A stretch of 64,000 nt of DNA from Porphyridium purpureum (GCA_008690995.1 VRMN01000011.1:310001-374000); one strand, 5' to 3'. Numbered from the stretch's first letter, positions 40,171 to 50,867 are shown. The notes: generated by a model from the sequence alone, not told the origin. Made by a program: numbers and translations.

Positions 40171-42687
40171 ATGAGCCCTGCAGGCCGCGGTATTGAGCGC
40201 ACGCTTCCGGCATGGCTGACCGACGCGGAGCGCAGGGGTCCCGCAGCGCCAGCGCCAGCGCCAGCTGAGCGCCAGGTTCAAGCCGAGCGGGCGTCCGACG
40301 AGTGGCAGCGCGCCGTGAGCCCTGATGGCAGGCCGTACTGGATCCATTCGAGCACTCAGCGAACGTCCTGGACGGTGCCCGGTGCGACCGCACAGTCTTC
40401 GGACAATGCAAGTGTCGAGGTCTCATCCAGTCGGCAGCAACAAGAAGAGTGGAAAGAAGTCAAGACAGCCGAAGGAAAGACTTACTTTTACAATACCGTC
40501 ACGCGTGAGACGTCGTGGACCAGGCCGACCGCTCGAACGCGTAAGCAAGACGAGGACGTCACGCCGTTACCAGATGGATGGCGGGCGTACACAGACTCAC
40601 GAGGAAAAGAGTATTTCGTGCACGCCGAATCAGGCAAAACGCAATGGGAGCGGCCAGCAGACGGAGAGCGACAAGGCGTTGAAGAGCAGTATGGGGAATC
40701 TTTGAAGCGCGGGCTCGACGAGAATATATGCAATGGCGATACTAACGAGCAGCTTACCAAGAAGCGTGCGCTAAATGACAAAGGAAGCGACGTTGCTGCG
40801 TCCTGGCAGCAGCTTGTGACGGCGGAAGGCCAGGTATACTACATGAACACAGAAACAAGGGAAACTGCCTGGACGCTGCCCGCTGAAGCGGCCACGCAGG
40901 ATTCATCCGCAGCTACGTCAAGCAGTGATTCAGAGCAAGAAATGAATCAACGTGCCGCGGACGTGAGGCTGCGAAAAACCGGGGGCCAGAAGGGCGACCC
41001 AGTGCGTTTGTCCATCCCATCAAAACTTGTGCAGCGTCCTCGGTCTCCGAGCGGTCGGCCCTTGACTGATCGAGAAGCAGAGCGCGCCTTCTTGTACAAG
41101 TTTTGGGCCCGTTCAAGGCGGAACCAAATGAAAGACAATTTTCAGCCCATTGCTGTACCTCGTGCAGAGGTGGATGCGCATTCTCGAGAGGCGTTCATGA
41201 AGCTGCTTATGGAGGCCGGAGTCTCCTCGCAAACGCCCTGGCTGACGGTCATGAAGATATGTTCTCAAAATCCGCTGTACACGAGCCTTCTTCCTTCGTA
41301 CGGAGAGCGCAAGGATGCGTATCACGCGCTCTGCGCTAAGCTTTCTAAGCAAGAACGGATTTCGGCTAGCTTAGCAAAGCGCAGCGCCAGGGAATGCTTC
41401 GTTCGAATGCTGCGAGAACACTTGTCTGAACAGTCGTTTGACCTGAGGAAGAAGTTGCGTGATCTCGGTGATTGCCATGCTCAAATTCGTAGTGCTGTAC
41501 TTTCGGATGCCCGCAACGGCTTGGTTTCAGAAGAAGAAGAGCGCGCTCAATTTATTCGGCTTGTTTTGTACGACTTGGAGCACGAGTCTCGTGAAGAGCA
41601 GCGCGAAAAGCGGCGCGCGAACATGCGTTCGCTTCGAGCCTTTCTGGAAGCCTCGGATGAATGCGATGCAAAGGCTTTCAAGGAGGGCGTGAGTTTTCGC
41701 GAAGTGCACGATTTGTGTCTCAAGATGCCTGAGTTTGCGGCTCTAGATGAGCGCGATCGCTTGATTGTCTTTGAGGACTGGTCACGAGAGCGCGTCCGCA
41801 GACTGGCGCGCCGACGGGCTGAGGAGCAGGAGCGCGTGCGAGAGCAAAAGCAGAGTAGCAAGCGCGAGTTTCGAAGAGAGCTTGTCCGGCTTGTTGCGTC
41901 TGGTGTGATCAAAGTGAGCAAGACTTGGAGTTTCAGCAAGGGCATAATAGCGGAGGAGCCCTGGGTGAAGAATGCTGAGGCGTGCGGCTGGAAAGCGGAA
42001 GCCTTGTTCGATGAGGAGCTGGATGAACTTGACCGACAGGTCTGCTTACATATGGACGCTATCAAGCAAGTTGTGGGTAAGAATCTACAGGTTGACTGGT
42101 CCATGGAAGAGTTCGATGTGGACATGGTCGCGTCCCATACTAGCGTTGCGGAATACTTTAGCAAGAACCACCTTGACGAGGTCACCGGTCAAGCGATTCT
42201 GTACGCAGTTCACGGGAAAGTGCGCCGGGCGGTCAAAAAAAGCGAGAAGGCCTGGGAGACCAAGGCATCCAAGTTTCGCTCGTTCGTTCAAGAGCACATG
42301 ACTGGGGCCGGACTGGATTGGAGCGCTTTGCAGGACCTGCTCGCTTTGAGCCCGGAAATGAATGATGTCGCAAGCAGTCTAGGGGATCAAGTATGCCGCA
42401 AAATGTTGATGGATTGTGCCGCTATCTCTGATTTCAGAAAGGCGAATGCAGATGCAGGCACGGCTGTCACGGTGGTGGCGACAGACGACCGCCTGTTGCA
42501 GCTGCACGCGCGGCGCGAACAGATCTTGCAGCGACTCGCAGAGCTGGATTCGGAATCTGCGCAGGGCGAAGTCGCCGCGCTGCACATACCCTCAAATACG
42601 TCCGACAAGGGCGCTGGACGTACTGGCGTTGGCGAGAACGCCGCGAATTCTCTAAGTAACAGTTTGACGAGTGATGGGCAAGTCTAA
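40171..42687 (+). CDS. PRP40/TCERG1-like WW and FF domain protein
   Basis: Four WW repeats (W..G..Y(F/Y)..T.W..P) followed by FF-like helical repeats (AFMKLL..W..ERK.AY). Confidence 0.85.
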   Translation: MSPAGRGIERTLPAWLTDAERRGPAAPAPAPAERQVQAERASDEWQRAVSPDGRPYWIHSSTQRTSWTVPGATAQSSDNASVEVSSSRQQQEEWKEVKTAEGKTYFYNTVTRETSWTRPTARTRKQDEDVTPLPDGWRAYTDSRGKEYFVHAESGKTQWERPADGERQGVEEQYGESLKRGLDENICNGDTNEQLTKKRALNDKGSDVAASWQQLVTAEGQVYYMNTETRETAWTLPAEAATQDSSAATSSSDSEQEMNQRAADVRLRKTGGQKGDPVRLSIPSKLVQRPRSPSGRPLTDREAERAFLYKFWARSRRNQMKDNFQPIAVPRAEVDAHSREAFMKLLMEAGVSSQTPWLTVMKICSQNPLYTSLLPSYGERKDAYHALCAKLSKQERISASLAKRSARECFVRMLREHLSEQSFDLRKKLRDLGDCHAQIRSAVLSDARNGLVSEEEERAQFIRLVLYDLEHESREEQREKRRANMRSLRAFLEASDECDAKAFKEGVSFREVHDLCLKMPEFAALDERDRLIVFEDWSRERVRRLARRRAEEQERVREQKQSSKREFRRELVRLVASGVIKVSKTWSFSKGIIAEEPWVKNAEACGWKAEALFDEELDELDRQVCLHMDAIKQVVGKNLQVDWSMEEFDVDMVASHTSVAEYFSKNHLDEVTGQAILYAVHGKVRRAVKKSEKAWETKASKFRSFVQEHMTGAGLDWSALQDLLALSPEMNDVASSLGDQVCRKMLMDCAAISDFRKANADAGTAVTVVATDDRLLQLHARREQILQRLAELDSESAQGEVAALHIPSNTSDKGAGRTGVGENAANSLSNSLTSDGQV

Positions 42688-43420
42688 ATCATCGGAGACG
42701 CGCTGGGTGTACCCATTCTTTATCCGCCATCCAGCGAGGCGAATGGTGGTGGGCATGTTTCACGGGCCTCCATCCCAGAGACAGAGCTCAGGGTGCCAAG
42801 GACGGCAGTCAGCGAATGTTCCTTTTCGCGTTGCGTTTATTGTACGGACCGTAATGTACCAGCTTTTTTATCCCGCTTCTCTCAGCACGCTACCTGAAAC
42901 CTTGTCGTTTGAACGTACGTTCCGTCAGCGTTATTTCTTCCGCTTTGCTTCTCTGTCCGTCGGGCTGGCCTCTTCGACCCAAACGCCTTCCAATTCCGCG
43001 ACTGCGCATGACGCATACCTCAGCGCCCGGTGCGCAGCGCCTTTCACCGCACTTGTGTCTTAGTCTAAAATCTGGTGAATTTGTCGGAATGGCCATCGAC
43101 GCGTTGGGCGTTCCTGCGCTGGTCGTCCGTGCGGGGCCTGGAACGCGCGCGGGTAAGCCGCCGGGGTGAGCAAGACGCGCGGGCGTGAGACTTGTGAGCG
43201 TCGGAAGCGCGGAAATTCTGATCTCGTGAGTGCGCGTGTCTTGCGTGGGTGCCGCCGTGAGTGAGCCCGGAGCCTGGCTCACGCTTGGGCGGAGACGTCA
43301 GGCGTCGTCTGTCGGTCGGTGGCCAAGCTTTGCGCGGTTGGGTCGGCGTGTGTTGGTGGTCATTTGTGCAAGAGCGCGGTTCGTCGTTTGAAAGAGCGGA
43401 GAACAGAGTCGAGGGAGGAG

Positions 43421-44377
43421 ATGGAGTCGTCCGAGGTTAAGACCTTGGACGCGGCAAGTGCGGCAATTGTAGCAGAGAGTGCGCAGTTTGTGGCGACACA
43501 TGGAGATGTGATCGCAAAGCGGTTGTACGAGACATTGTTCGAACGGCACCCGGAAACGCTAGAGCTGTTCAGCATGGATTTTTGGCCCCAAGTGCGACTC
43601 GATGAGGAGGAGGACGGCGGCATCGATGAACTCAGTGACGAGGAGGGGCAAAAGTTGCAGCACTTCAAATGCGCGTTTGACGGGTGTACGAAGGGATTCT
43701 CAATACAGCCGGCGCTTATGGCCGACTCGCTCCAGAAGTACCTGGTGCACGTGTCGGATTTCGGGTTTGACTTGATTATGAACAAGATAGAGCGAATTTG
43801 CCAGAAGCACGTTTCTCGCAATATCCAGCCGCAGCACTACCCGTTGATCCGCGAAGGCTTGCTCGCCGGTATTGAGCACGCGCTCGAAACCGAAGCGGGC
43901 AGCGGGCTGCCTCATGAGAAGAATGATATTTTGCATGCGTGGGGCTCAGCGTACGATCTACTCGCATCCATGTTCATTGAGCGCGAGAGGATCCTGCGTG
44001 GCGATCTGGCCGGCAAGAAAAACAGCTGGACCAACTTTGAATCATTTCTCGTCATCAAGGTGGAAGAAACCGATAAGCTTTGGAGATTTCATTTGGAACG
44101 CGTCAACAAGCGACTACCTCCGCAGGTCATGCCCGGCCAGTTTGTGTGCGTGCGCGTCAAGACGCAGCACGTTGGGGTGATTCATCGGAACTTCTTCCTC
44201 GACCCAAGCCCGTCCAAGTCGGTGTGGATCTTCTCGCTCCAGAAGACAATGCCGCTCGACGCAGACAGTGAGCGGGATCGCAGCGTCATGTGCAAGAAAT
44301 TTTTCGCCGAAGCGCTGAAGGTCGGGAACCAGGTTGGCTTGAGCATGCCCCTTGGCGGGTTTTTGATGAAAAAGTAG
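43421..44377 (+). CDS. Flavohemoglobin-like protein (globin plus FAD-binding barrel, no NAD domain)
   Basis: LYETLFERHPE..ELF, QP, ICQKHVS..IQPQHYP, AWGSAY; then W..F, PGQFV, SMPLGGF followed by a stop. Confidence 0.85.
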   Translation: MESSEVKTLDAASAAIVAESAQFVATHGDVIAKRLYETLFERHPETLELFSMDFWPQVRLDEEEDGGIDELSDEEGQKLQHFKCAFDGCTKGFSIQPALMADSLQKYLVHVSDFGFDLIMNKIERICQKHVSRNIQPQHYPLIREGLLAGIEHALETEAGSGLPHEKNDILHAWGSAYDLLASMFIERERILRGDLAGKKNSWTNFESFLVIKVEETDKLWRFHLERVNKRLPPQVMPGQFVCVRVKTQHVGVIHRNFFLDPSPSKSVWIFSLQKTMPLDADSERDRSVMCKKFFAEALKVGNQVGLSMPLGGFLMKK

Positions 44378-44530
44378 GCGTATCAGCCCGAATGCGTCCG
44401 GCGCAAGAGACGAGCCGTCTTGTATAAAGTTTCTACGTCTTGCCCTGCTTGGTCTTTGTTCACATGCTATACTTGTATATCAACCTTTTCATTCTCACGT
44501 CTTGCGCCAGGTTGCGACATTTTTCTGCTC

Positions 44531-45616
44531 TTACGATGGCGGAGTGTCCTGGACGCTTTCCTGTAACACACTTTTCAGCCATGCGTGAATGCCGTCTCGG
44601 TCAGCATCGATGACCGCGCGGATGTTGGCGCCATTTCCGCGCGCTTCGTCCTCAGTCTGGAAGCGTTGGATGACTTGAAAGCGCCCGCCATCGTCTACGG
44701 CAAGCGACACCCACTCACACTGAAACAAGGATGGTTGCAAATAGTACACAGCGGCCATAAGATCGTACACTTGCGGGGCACACAATTCCATCGCATTCAC
44801 CAATAACTTTGCACCATGGCCTTTTTCGCTTGTGAGCGCCGCCGCGGATGCCAAAACGTCAACATCGAAAGCGAGCGCGCTCACGTTGAGGGGAATGAGC
44901 GTAATTGGTCGAGCAAATTTGGATGCGTGATGTACGAGAACGTTTTGTGTGGCGCGAATGTCTGCAAATGCATTCCACTCTGCGCCGCTCTGAAACGCAG
45001 TCACTGACACTGGAGGCTCATTCCCGAATCCTGGCAGCACCCCGCCACACCAAATAAGCTCACAAAGCGGTTTGGCCGGCGCGCGCTCGTTCGCCTTGTC
45101 GCCAAGTACAGCTTCCAGAGCGTGCGCGATGCTCGTCAGCGGGCCCAGGGCGAGCACCGTGGTGCTGTCGCTGCGCAAGGCGTCTTCCAGCACGTCGGCA
45201 GAGTCTAAGTACATACCCGTTTGCAGCACTGCTTCATTTCCCTTGCAGCCGGTTTCACGTAGCCCAGCTGTCAACCCGACATCGTCGTTTGAGTGACCTT
45301 CTTGCTCCGAGGTACCTAGCAACCGCGTCGCGAGCTCGCGCTCGTGAAAGGCGCGCCAGGTGTCTACAAACAGGTGCTGTCCCTCTGCGCACTGCAGAGC
45401 CATGTCCAGCGGCGGCGCCGGGACAGCCAGGCGCGTGGATGCCTCCAAACGACACGGACGCAGCAGCACTTTGCTCAGAATGGCGGCACCGATACGCGGC
45501 CGCGTGAGACCGCGCACCGTGCACAGCGCAGACAGGTGCGCATTTCTGAGGTGCAGCAGTGCAAGCGCCGCAATGTCATCAGTCCCGACGTCAGTATCGA
45601 CCACAAGCGCCATCAT
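44531..45616 (-). CDS. Inosine-uridine-preferring nucleoside hydrolase family protein
   Basis: DTDVGTDD, LGPLT, GG..GN, AEWNAFAD, IPLNV. Confidence 0.88.
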   Translation of the reverse strand: MMALVVDTDVGTDDIAALALLHLRNAHLSALCTVRGLTRPRIGAAILSKVLLRPCRLEASTRLAVPAPPLDMALQCAEGQHLFVDTWRAFHERELATRLLGTSEQEGHSNDDVGLTAGLRETGCKGNEAVLQTGMYLDSADVLEDALRSDSTTVLALGPLTSIAHALEAVLGDKANERAPAKPLCELIWCGGVLPGFGNEPPVSVTAFQSGAEWNAFADIRATQNVLVHHASKFARPITLIPLNVSALAFDVDVLASAAALTSEKGHGAKLLVNAMELCAPQVYDLMAAVYYLQPSLFQCEWVSLAVDDGGRFQVIQRFQTEDEARGNGANIRAVIDADRDGIHAWLKSVLQESVQDTPPS

Positions 45617-45741
45617 CGCCCTTCCATACCGCAGCCTGACCATTCTGCCGTGCACGCCACGTCTCGCTCGGCACCTCGCGCAATCAAATCAGGAAATCTG
45701 GGCTGCGGTGTCAACTGTACCCTAGCACGCGAGTCGCTGTA

Positions 45742-47291
45742 CAGTCCTGGCCAAGTTAGTTGTCCCACAGGATTAAATGAAGTTTTTTGTGAATAACTCG
45801 GCTTTTCGACTAGGTTGTCGTCTGTTTTGATGGCACGAAAAGAATCAGCGGCACGGAAAATGGGTAGGGGCGTCCAAAGGTATCGTAGAACAAAACGACA
45901 GGTGTGAGAAGTGCCGAAAAAGAGAAAAACAATAAAACAGGTTGATGAGGACAAACACGCTCATGAGAAGAGATTTAACTGTAGTGACGGAACTGGTACT
46001 TGGTTTGACGGCCACCGGCGTCGATGCAAGCTTGCAGGCGACGGGGCATGCTCTCGAAAAGTGCCTCAACATACTTTGGCGCTTCCGTTCGCCAGCAGTC
46101 ATAGATAACTGGAAGCATGTCATCGAGGCGCATAAACTGGCGTCCTTGCCAATGCACACGGCGAGAAACGATCGCCCACAGATTCTCAACTGGATTCAAG
46201 TCCGGCGACCGCGCTGGCCAATCAAGTAGTGCGATTCCGACCGTGTCAAACAGCTCGCGCGTGCTCAGCGCTGCATGTCCGGGCGCATTATCTTGCTGAA
46301 ATATGAATGGACAATCCGGCTGATCAAGGCGCCAGGGCAGTTCCAGTGCCCAGGGCATCATGACGTTCAGCATAACCTGCCGATATCGCTCGGCATTCAG
46401 CGAGCCTTGAACACGATGCAACGTACTCAGTCCGTGCCACGACATGGCACCCCAAAACATCGCGGATCCTCCGCCACTGTGGCGACGCATGGTTGGCGCG
46501 GGTTCAGGGCCTCGCGTGCGCTGATAAGTCTTGTTGTACCCGTGCGGCCCGTCCAGCCGAAAGATCTTTTCATCCGAGAAGATGACATTCTTCCAAAACG
46601 ATAGCGGCTTGTGGACGTATTCTCGAGCAAATGCAAGCCGCTTGACTCGGTTCTTTTCCGAAATGAAGAACTTTCGCCTCTGTGCGATAATACGAACCTC
46701 TGGTGATCTCTGCAGGATACGACGAACAGTTCTCGCACTGCACGCAAGCTGCAGCTCCGTCACTGCCTGTGCAGACGTCAACCTATCCGTAATGACGTGC
46801 CGAATCAGGCGACGCTCCAATTTCGGCGATATTGTCCGCGCCGGTCCGGGCTTCTTGACAACCCTTTTCCTTCCTCGATTCTTCAGAAATCGCTCCACAG
46901 TCTTGTACGATGGTCGAGTCTTGTCTGGTCGCGGACGAAGACGTGCTGCAATGGCCCGCGGCGTCAGCAAGAGCCGGTGCAGAGCGTCAATCTGGCCTTT
47001 CTCAAAGTCGGAGAGCCGTGGTGCCATAATTTCCGATGCTTGCGGCCGCTGGACTTGGTCGCGATCTTGTGCCCGAGTGCAGCAGATGTGTTGGTCTTCT
47101 TGCACATGTCCTGAACCCATTCATGGCCTCATGGAGGTCCCGCAAAAGCTCGCGCATACCTCTGACATGGGGAACAAAAATATGTTAAAAAAGGAATAAA
47201 CATTGATTTATATGAAAACGCTCGTTTTTACTATAAAACTGGAGTTCAGACGTTGAAATTGCACCTGGGACAACCATCTTGGCCAGGAGTG
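45742..47291 (-). mobile_element. Tc1/mariner DNA transposon (1550 bp)
   Basis: 26-bp TIRs (CAGTCCTGGCCAAGTTAGTTGTCCCA vs CACTCCTGGCCAAGATGGTTGTCCCA, 3 mismatches), TA on both sides, intact transposase. Confidence 0.95.
45975..47027 (-). CDS. Tc1-family DD34E transposase
   Basis: N-terminal HTH region, VIFSDEK, QQDNAPGH, WPARSPDLNPVENLW (34 residues between D and E), SMPRRL..GG.TKY. Confidence 0.95.
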   Translation of the reverse strand: MAPRLSDFEKGQIDALHRLLLTPRAIAARLRPRPDKTRPSYKTVERFLKNRGRKRVVKKPGPARTISPKLERRLIRHVITDRLTSAQAVTELQLACSARTVRRILQRSPEVRIIAQRRKFFISEKNRVKRLAFAREYVHKPLSFWKNVIFSDEKIFRLDGPHGYNKTYQRTRGPEPAPTMRRHSGGGSAMFWGAMSWHGLSTLHRVQGSLNAERYRQVMLNVMMPWALELPWRLDQPDCPFIFQQDNAPGHAALSTRELFDTVGIALLDWPARSPDLNPVENLWAIVSRRVHWQGRQFMRLDDMLPVIYDCWRTEAPKYVEALFESMPRRLQACIDAGGRQTKYQFRHYS

Positions 47292-47939
47292 TACGCGCCT
47301 CAGTCGCGGAACCGTGGTTTTAGTAGGGTTCCGCCGCTACTAAGTGGTGCGCGTCTTGCGACGGGAGACCTCAGTGAAATTTCAAGCAAACGGGCTTTAT
47401 ATCACTAACGCACAAACTAGGACTCTCTTGACCAAACAAACTAAGGAGGACACATTGCGCACCGGGCGGCGCCGGTCGTTTTATGCCCAGCGTTCGGCAA
47501 CAATGTGCCAAAGCCCGCCGGTGGAACCCGCCGGTTGAACCCGCCGGCACGCCAGGCCTCCGATTTCTTCCCTCCGTGGTTAGGGTAACGCGGTGTTCTT
47601 TCCACGGGAACAACCCCCGCCGCGGTACACGTGCTGTACACGTCGTTCGACTGCTCGTTGGCGGCTGCTTGTGTTTGTGCCTGTGGCATTACAGAAACGC
47701 ATTCCAAGACGGTGTTTGTGAGGAACGCGAGTGCTGCCATTACAAAGGAATGCGGATGCGCATGGAAAGAGGTCGTGTCGCGCACGAACGCGAGGATAAG
47801 GCTGGGGCAAGGAACGCAAGGCGACAGCGGACGGTCTGCCGTGCTGCTGCAAATGAGCGTGTGGGTGCCGGTGCAAGGGCGCGCGGTGCGCCGGAAACTT
47901 GGGCATGGATTCGGTCCTGCGCGAACGGATTGCAGCAGA

Positions 47940-49169
47940 ATGATGGTGTTTGCGTGGGCGACGGTGGTGGGGCTGATGGCACTCGGCGCGGTGCTCGTCG
48001 GCGTCGGCGGGGCTCAGGATTTGGGCACTGTCGATGTGCATCAGCTGAGCGCGGCGCAGCTGAACTTGTTTCTGACGCAGATAGATGATGAACTGCACGG
48101 GTTTCAGAGCACCGCCGCCTCGCTGCGTGAGACGCTAGCGACCTTGCAGAGCGAACTCAAGGCCACGGACAAGGAGACCGAGGCGATGAACGGCGCGCGC
48201 GCGTGGGAGGCAGCCGAGAAGGAGAAACAGCTCAAAGAGGAGCAAAACATGCTCAAGGTCGCGGCAGAGGAACAGGAAAAAATTGCCAAGGGCGTGCTTC
48301 AGATCCAGGAACTGTCTCGCGAGGTCGCCGTCATGACCGAGAAGTACGAGCAGTTGCAGAGGCGCAAGCAGGCGGCGTCGCGAAAGGTCTATGACCCTCA
48401 GATTCTCGATATGTTGGATTCAGCCGCGAGCTCGTGGGGAACTGGTTCGCAGGCAGTGTACAATCGCACGAAGGAGCTGTTCGACTCGGGCGAGGTGCTA
48501 CGCTTGTACAGAAAATCAATGTCTCGACCGGTTCTTGTGTTCTTATTTTCATGCATGTACGGCTTCGTGGCGCTCTGCATGTACGGAATTTATCTATTAT
48601 TCTCACGGCTGCGCCCTACCGTCGCCAAACTCATCCTCGTCGGAGACATGTCTTTCGCTGGTTTTTGGCTGATGGTGTGTACCTTTTTCATTCTGCTGAG
48701 GCATGACCCGTTGCATGCGATGCACTCTCGCGCGCCACGTCTGTTTACAGTATTTCAGTTGACTTGGCTGGCTGCTTACGTTGTGCACGTGCTGCTTCGC
48801 GTGTCGCGTCTCGCAGCTCGGGTGTCGATGTTTGTCTTTGGCGAGCTGGTTAGTGTGATCATTGTCGGAAACCACTACTTTGTGCGCGTATGGCAGCCGT
48901 ACATGATGGACAACGCAAGCCACGGATCGCTCCGCTTCTATTTCTGTTATTTGCTGCTGTTTACGTCGTTTAGTCTGAACAGTTTACAAGTCTTGAGCCC
49001 GCTGAAAAGACAAGGCTCAGGCAATCTTGGCTTTGTAGCCTGGCTCAAGATCCTATACACGCGATTTACGAACCAAGCGGTTCCGTACAGTGACCCTGTC
49101 CTGACCGAGCGCGCCACGTTGGACGAAGACGACGCGTTCGGCCTTTTCCAGAACATTCGCTCGGATTGA
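47940..49169 (+). CDS. Uncharacterised membrane protein (signal peptide, coiled coil, about 5 TM helices)
   Basis: Hydrophobic N-terminus from ATG 47940, E/K/Q-rich heptad region, multiple hydrophobic segments. Confidence 0.75.
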   Translation: MMVFAWATVVGLMALGAVLVGVGGAQDLGTVDVHQLSAAQLNLFLTQIDDELHGFQSTAASLRETLATLQSELKATDKETEAMNGARAWEAAEKEKQLKEEQNMLKVAAEEQEKIAKGVLQIQELSREVAVMTEKYEQLQRRKQAASRKVYDPQILDMLDSAASSWGTGSQAVYNRTKELFDSGEVLRLYRKSMSRPVLVFLFSCMYGFVALCMYGIYLLFSRLRPTVAKLILVGDMSFAGFWLMVCTFFILLRHDPLHAMHSRAPRLFTVFQLTWLAAYVVHVLLRVSRLAARVSMFVFGELVSVIIVGNHYFVRVWQPYMMDNASHGSLRFYFCYLLLFTSFSLNSLQVLSPLKRQGSGNLGFVAWLKILYTRFTNQAVPYSDPVLTERATLDEDDAFGLFQNIRSD

Positions 49170-49307
49170 ACAACGAGATTCGCATCGCGCACGGGTTGGC
49201 TCTCTCCAGAGCGCTGATAAGTGTCAGCGTGTAAGTTCGAACGGGCGCACAAAAAGCAGAAAATACTCCACGGATGGAACAAACAACATTTCACCTTGAA
49301 ATTCGTG

Positions 49308-50156
49308 TCATAGCACGGCCTGCTGCGCCGCCTCCTGCTCGGCCAAATCTTGAAGAATCCACGGAGAGAGAGCTGCCGTGCCTTTGCTCAGCTGACGTCC
49401 GGTTGACCGCTGACGTGATGGCATTTTCTGCAACTCGACGCCCGTTCGCCGCGTCGCGAGCGATGCTCCCGAGAGCCGCGGTTGTGTTTTTCGAACAGAA
49501 TCGCGACGCGCGGATTGCGGGATGGCCGGAATTCTGGAATAGGTAGCCACCGAATGCCTCACCAGCATGTGTCCCTTCACGCTCCCCGCTGTCTTGATTG
49601 CCTGCTCGACTTTACCCGCCAGCAAGCTACGACCTGGCTCAGTTGGCCGCGCCATACTTCGTCGAAGAGCGGAACTTTTGAAAACGGGCGATTTGGGCAC
49701 GGTCAGAGCTCGCAAGGTGCTGTCCACTGCGGCTCGATCGGAATTTCGGTTGGAGCGAGCTTCGTGGTCGAGAGGAGGAGATGCAGAGGAAGTCGATGAC
49801 GATTCGACACCATGTATTCTCGCGGCGCCCAGCTCAAGTCTGCGCAGGGTGAGCTGCTCTGTGCGGAATACAGGCGCTCGTGGCACAGTCAGCGGGCGAA
49901 CTTCTACGCTGGTATTTCTTCGCGACGACCCTCGAGCATGCTCTGAAGGCACTGCATGATGCTCCCGAATGACTTTGATATGGCGCAGCAGCTCGATATC
50001 CTTTTCCCTCTGCTTTCGTCTTTGCTCCAGCAGCGCATCGTCCGCGCTCAACCCTGCCGGTCGCTGGCGCCTGTGCGCTCCCACACGTGCCGTCCTCAGC
50101 TTTGGCGAGTGGGGCGCCGTCAACTGCCGTTCATTCCTGCTGCCGTCTGTCTGCAT
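49308..50156 (-). CDS. Basic disordered protein with TPX2-like repeats
   Basis: Three repeats: LTAPHSPKLRT, LTVPRAPVFRT, LTVPKSPVFKS. Confidence 0.6.
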   Translation of the reverse strand: MQTDGSRNERQLTAPHSPKLRTARVGAHRRQRPAGLSADDALLEQRRKQREKDIELLRHIKVIREHHAVPSEHARGSSRRNTSVEVRPLTVPRAPVFRTEQLTLRRLELGAARIHGVESSSTSSASPPLDHEARSNRNSDRAAVDSTLRALTVPKSPVFKSSALRRSMARPTEPGRSLLAGKVEQAIKTAGSVKGHMLVRHSVATYSRIPAIPQSARRDSVRKTQPRLSGASLATRRTGVELQKMPSRQRSTGRQLSKGTAALSPWILQDLAEQEAAQQAVL

Positions 50157-50463
50157 CCTCTTCTCTTTTCAACATAACTTAGGCATCCACGCACATCATC
50201 TCGCCGGCATCTCTGTGCATCTCCTCCCTCTCTGCTCTTCCCGCCCTCTCCATCGTTCCTTCTTCATTCCGGCACGCGCACTCCCACCCCTGCGCGTCTT
50301 GCAACAGCACATTCAAATATTCAAACCCAGCCGCCAGCCGCCGTATCAAACACGCCTCTATCAAACTGCCGTTTCAAATCAGGCCGCCTCGTGCGTCACC
50401 AGCAACGCCCAAACGCGGGCGTTTCACTATCAACACAGCACCGGTTACCCTAGTGAACGCGTC

Positions 50464-50512
50464 GAGCCGGAGAGCCGAAGAGCCGAGGAGCCGGAGAGCC
50501 GAAGAGCCGGAG
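50464..50512. repeat. 8-bp tandem repeat (GAGCCGRR) x6
   Basis: GAGCCGGA GAGCCGAA GAGCCGAG GAGCCGGA GAGCCGAA GAGCCGGA. Confidence 0.85.
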
Positions 50513-50845
50513 CGGCCATGTGCCGCAGGCGGAAGGGGGTACAGTGCCGTGTGTGCAGAGCGGCCAAGTTCAGCGCGCTGGCGCGTGCGGTGTGCGGCAC
50601 ACGTTGCAAGCACGCACGCCGACTACCAAAACAGCGCGGCTTCTCGTAAGAACTGCGCACCCCCGCCCACGCTTTCTTCTTATTCTCGCATGCGGTGAAA
50701 ATGACCAGGCGCAGTGGTGTAAAAAGCGGCAGGAGAAAAAAGGGGGCAGAGCGCGGTTGGGGTAAAGAAGGGAAGTGTGAAAGACAGCGAGGGCGGGAGG
50801 AGGAGAGCTGCGCAGTGCACGCACCCGACGGCGGCGTGTGAGTGC

Positions 50846-50867
50846 GTGTGTGTGTGTGTGTGTGTGT
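50846..50867. repeat. (GT)n microsatellite
   Basis: GT run upstream of INO1. Confidence 0.85.

Noticed and set aside
50464..50512. Short repeat array as a CRISPR candidate
   Set aside because: 8-bp tandem units without spacers, in a eukaryotic context with no cas genes
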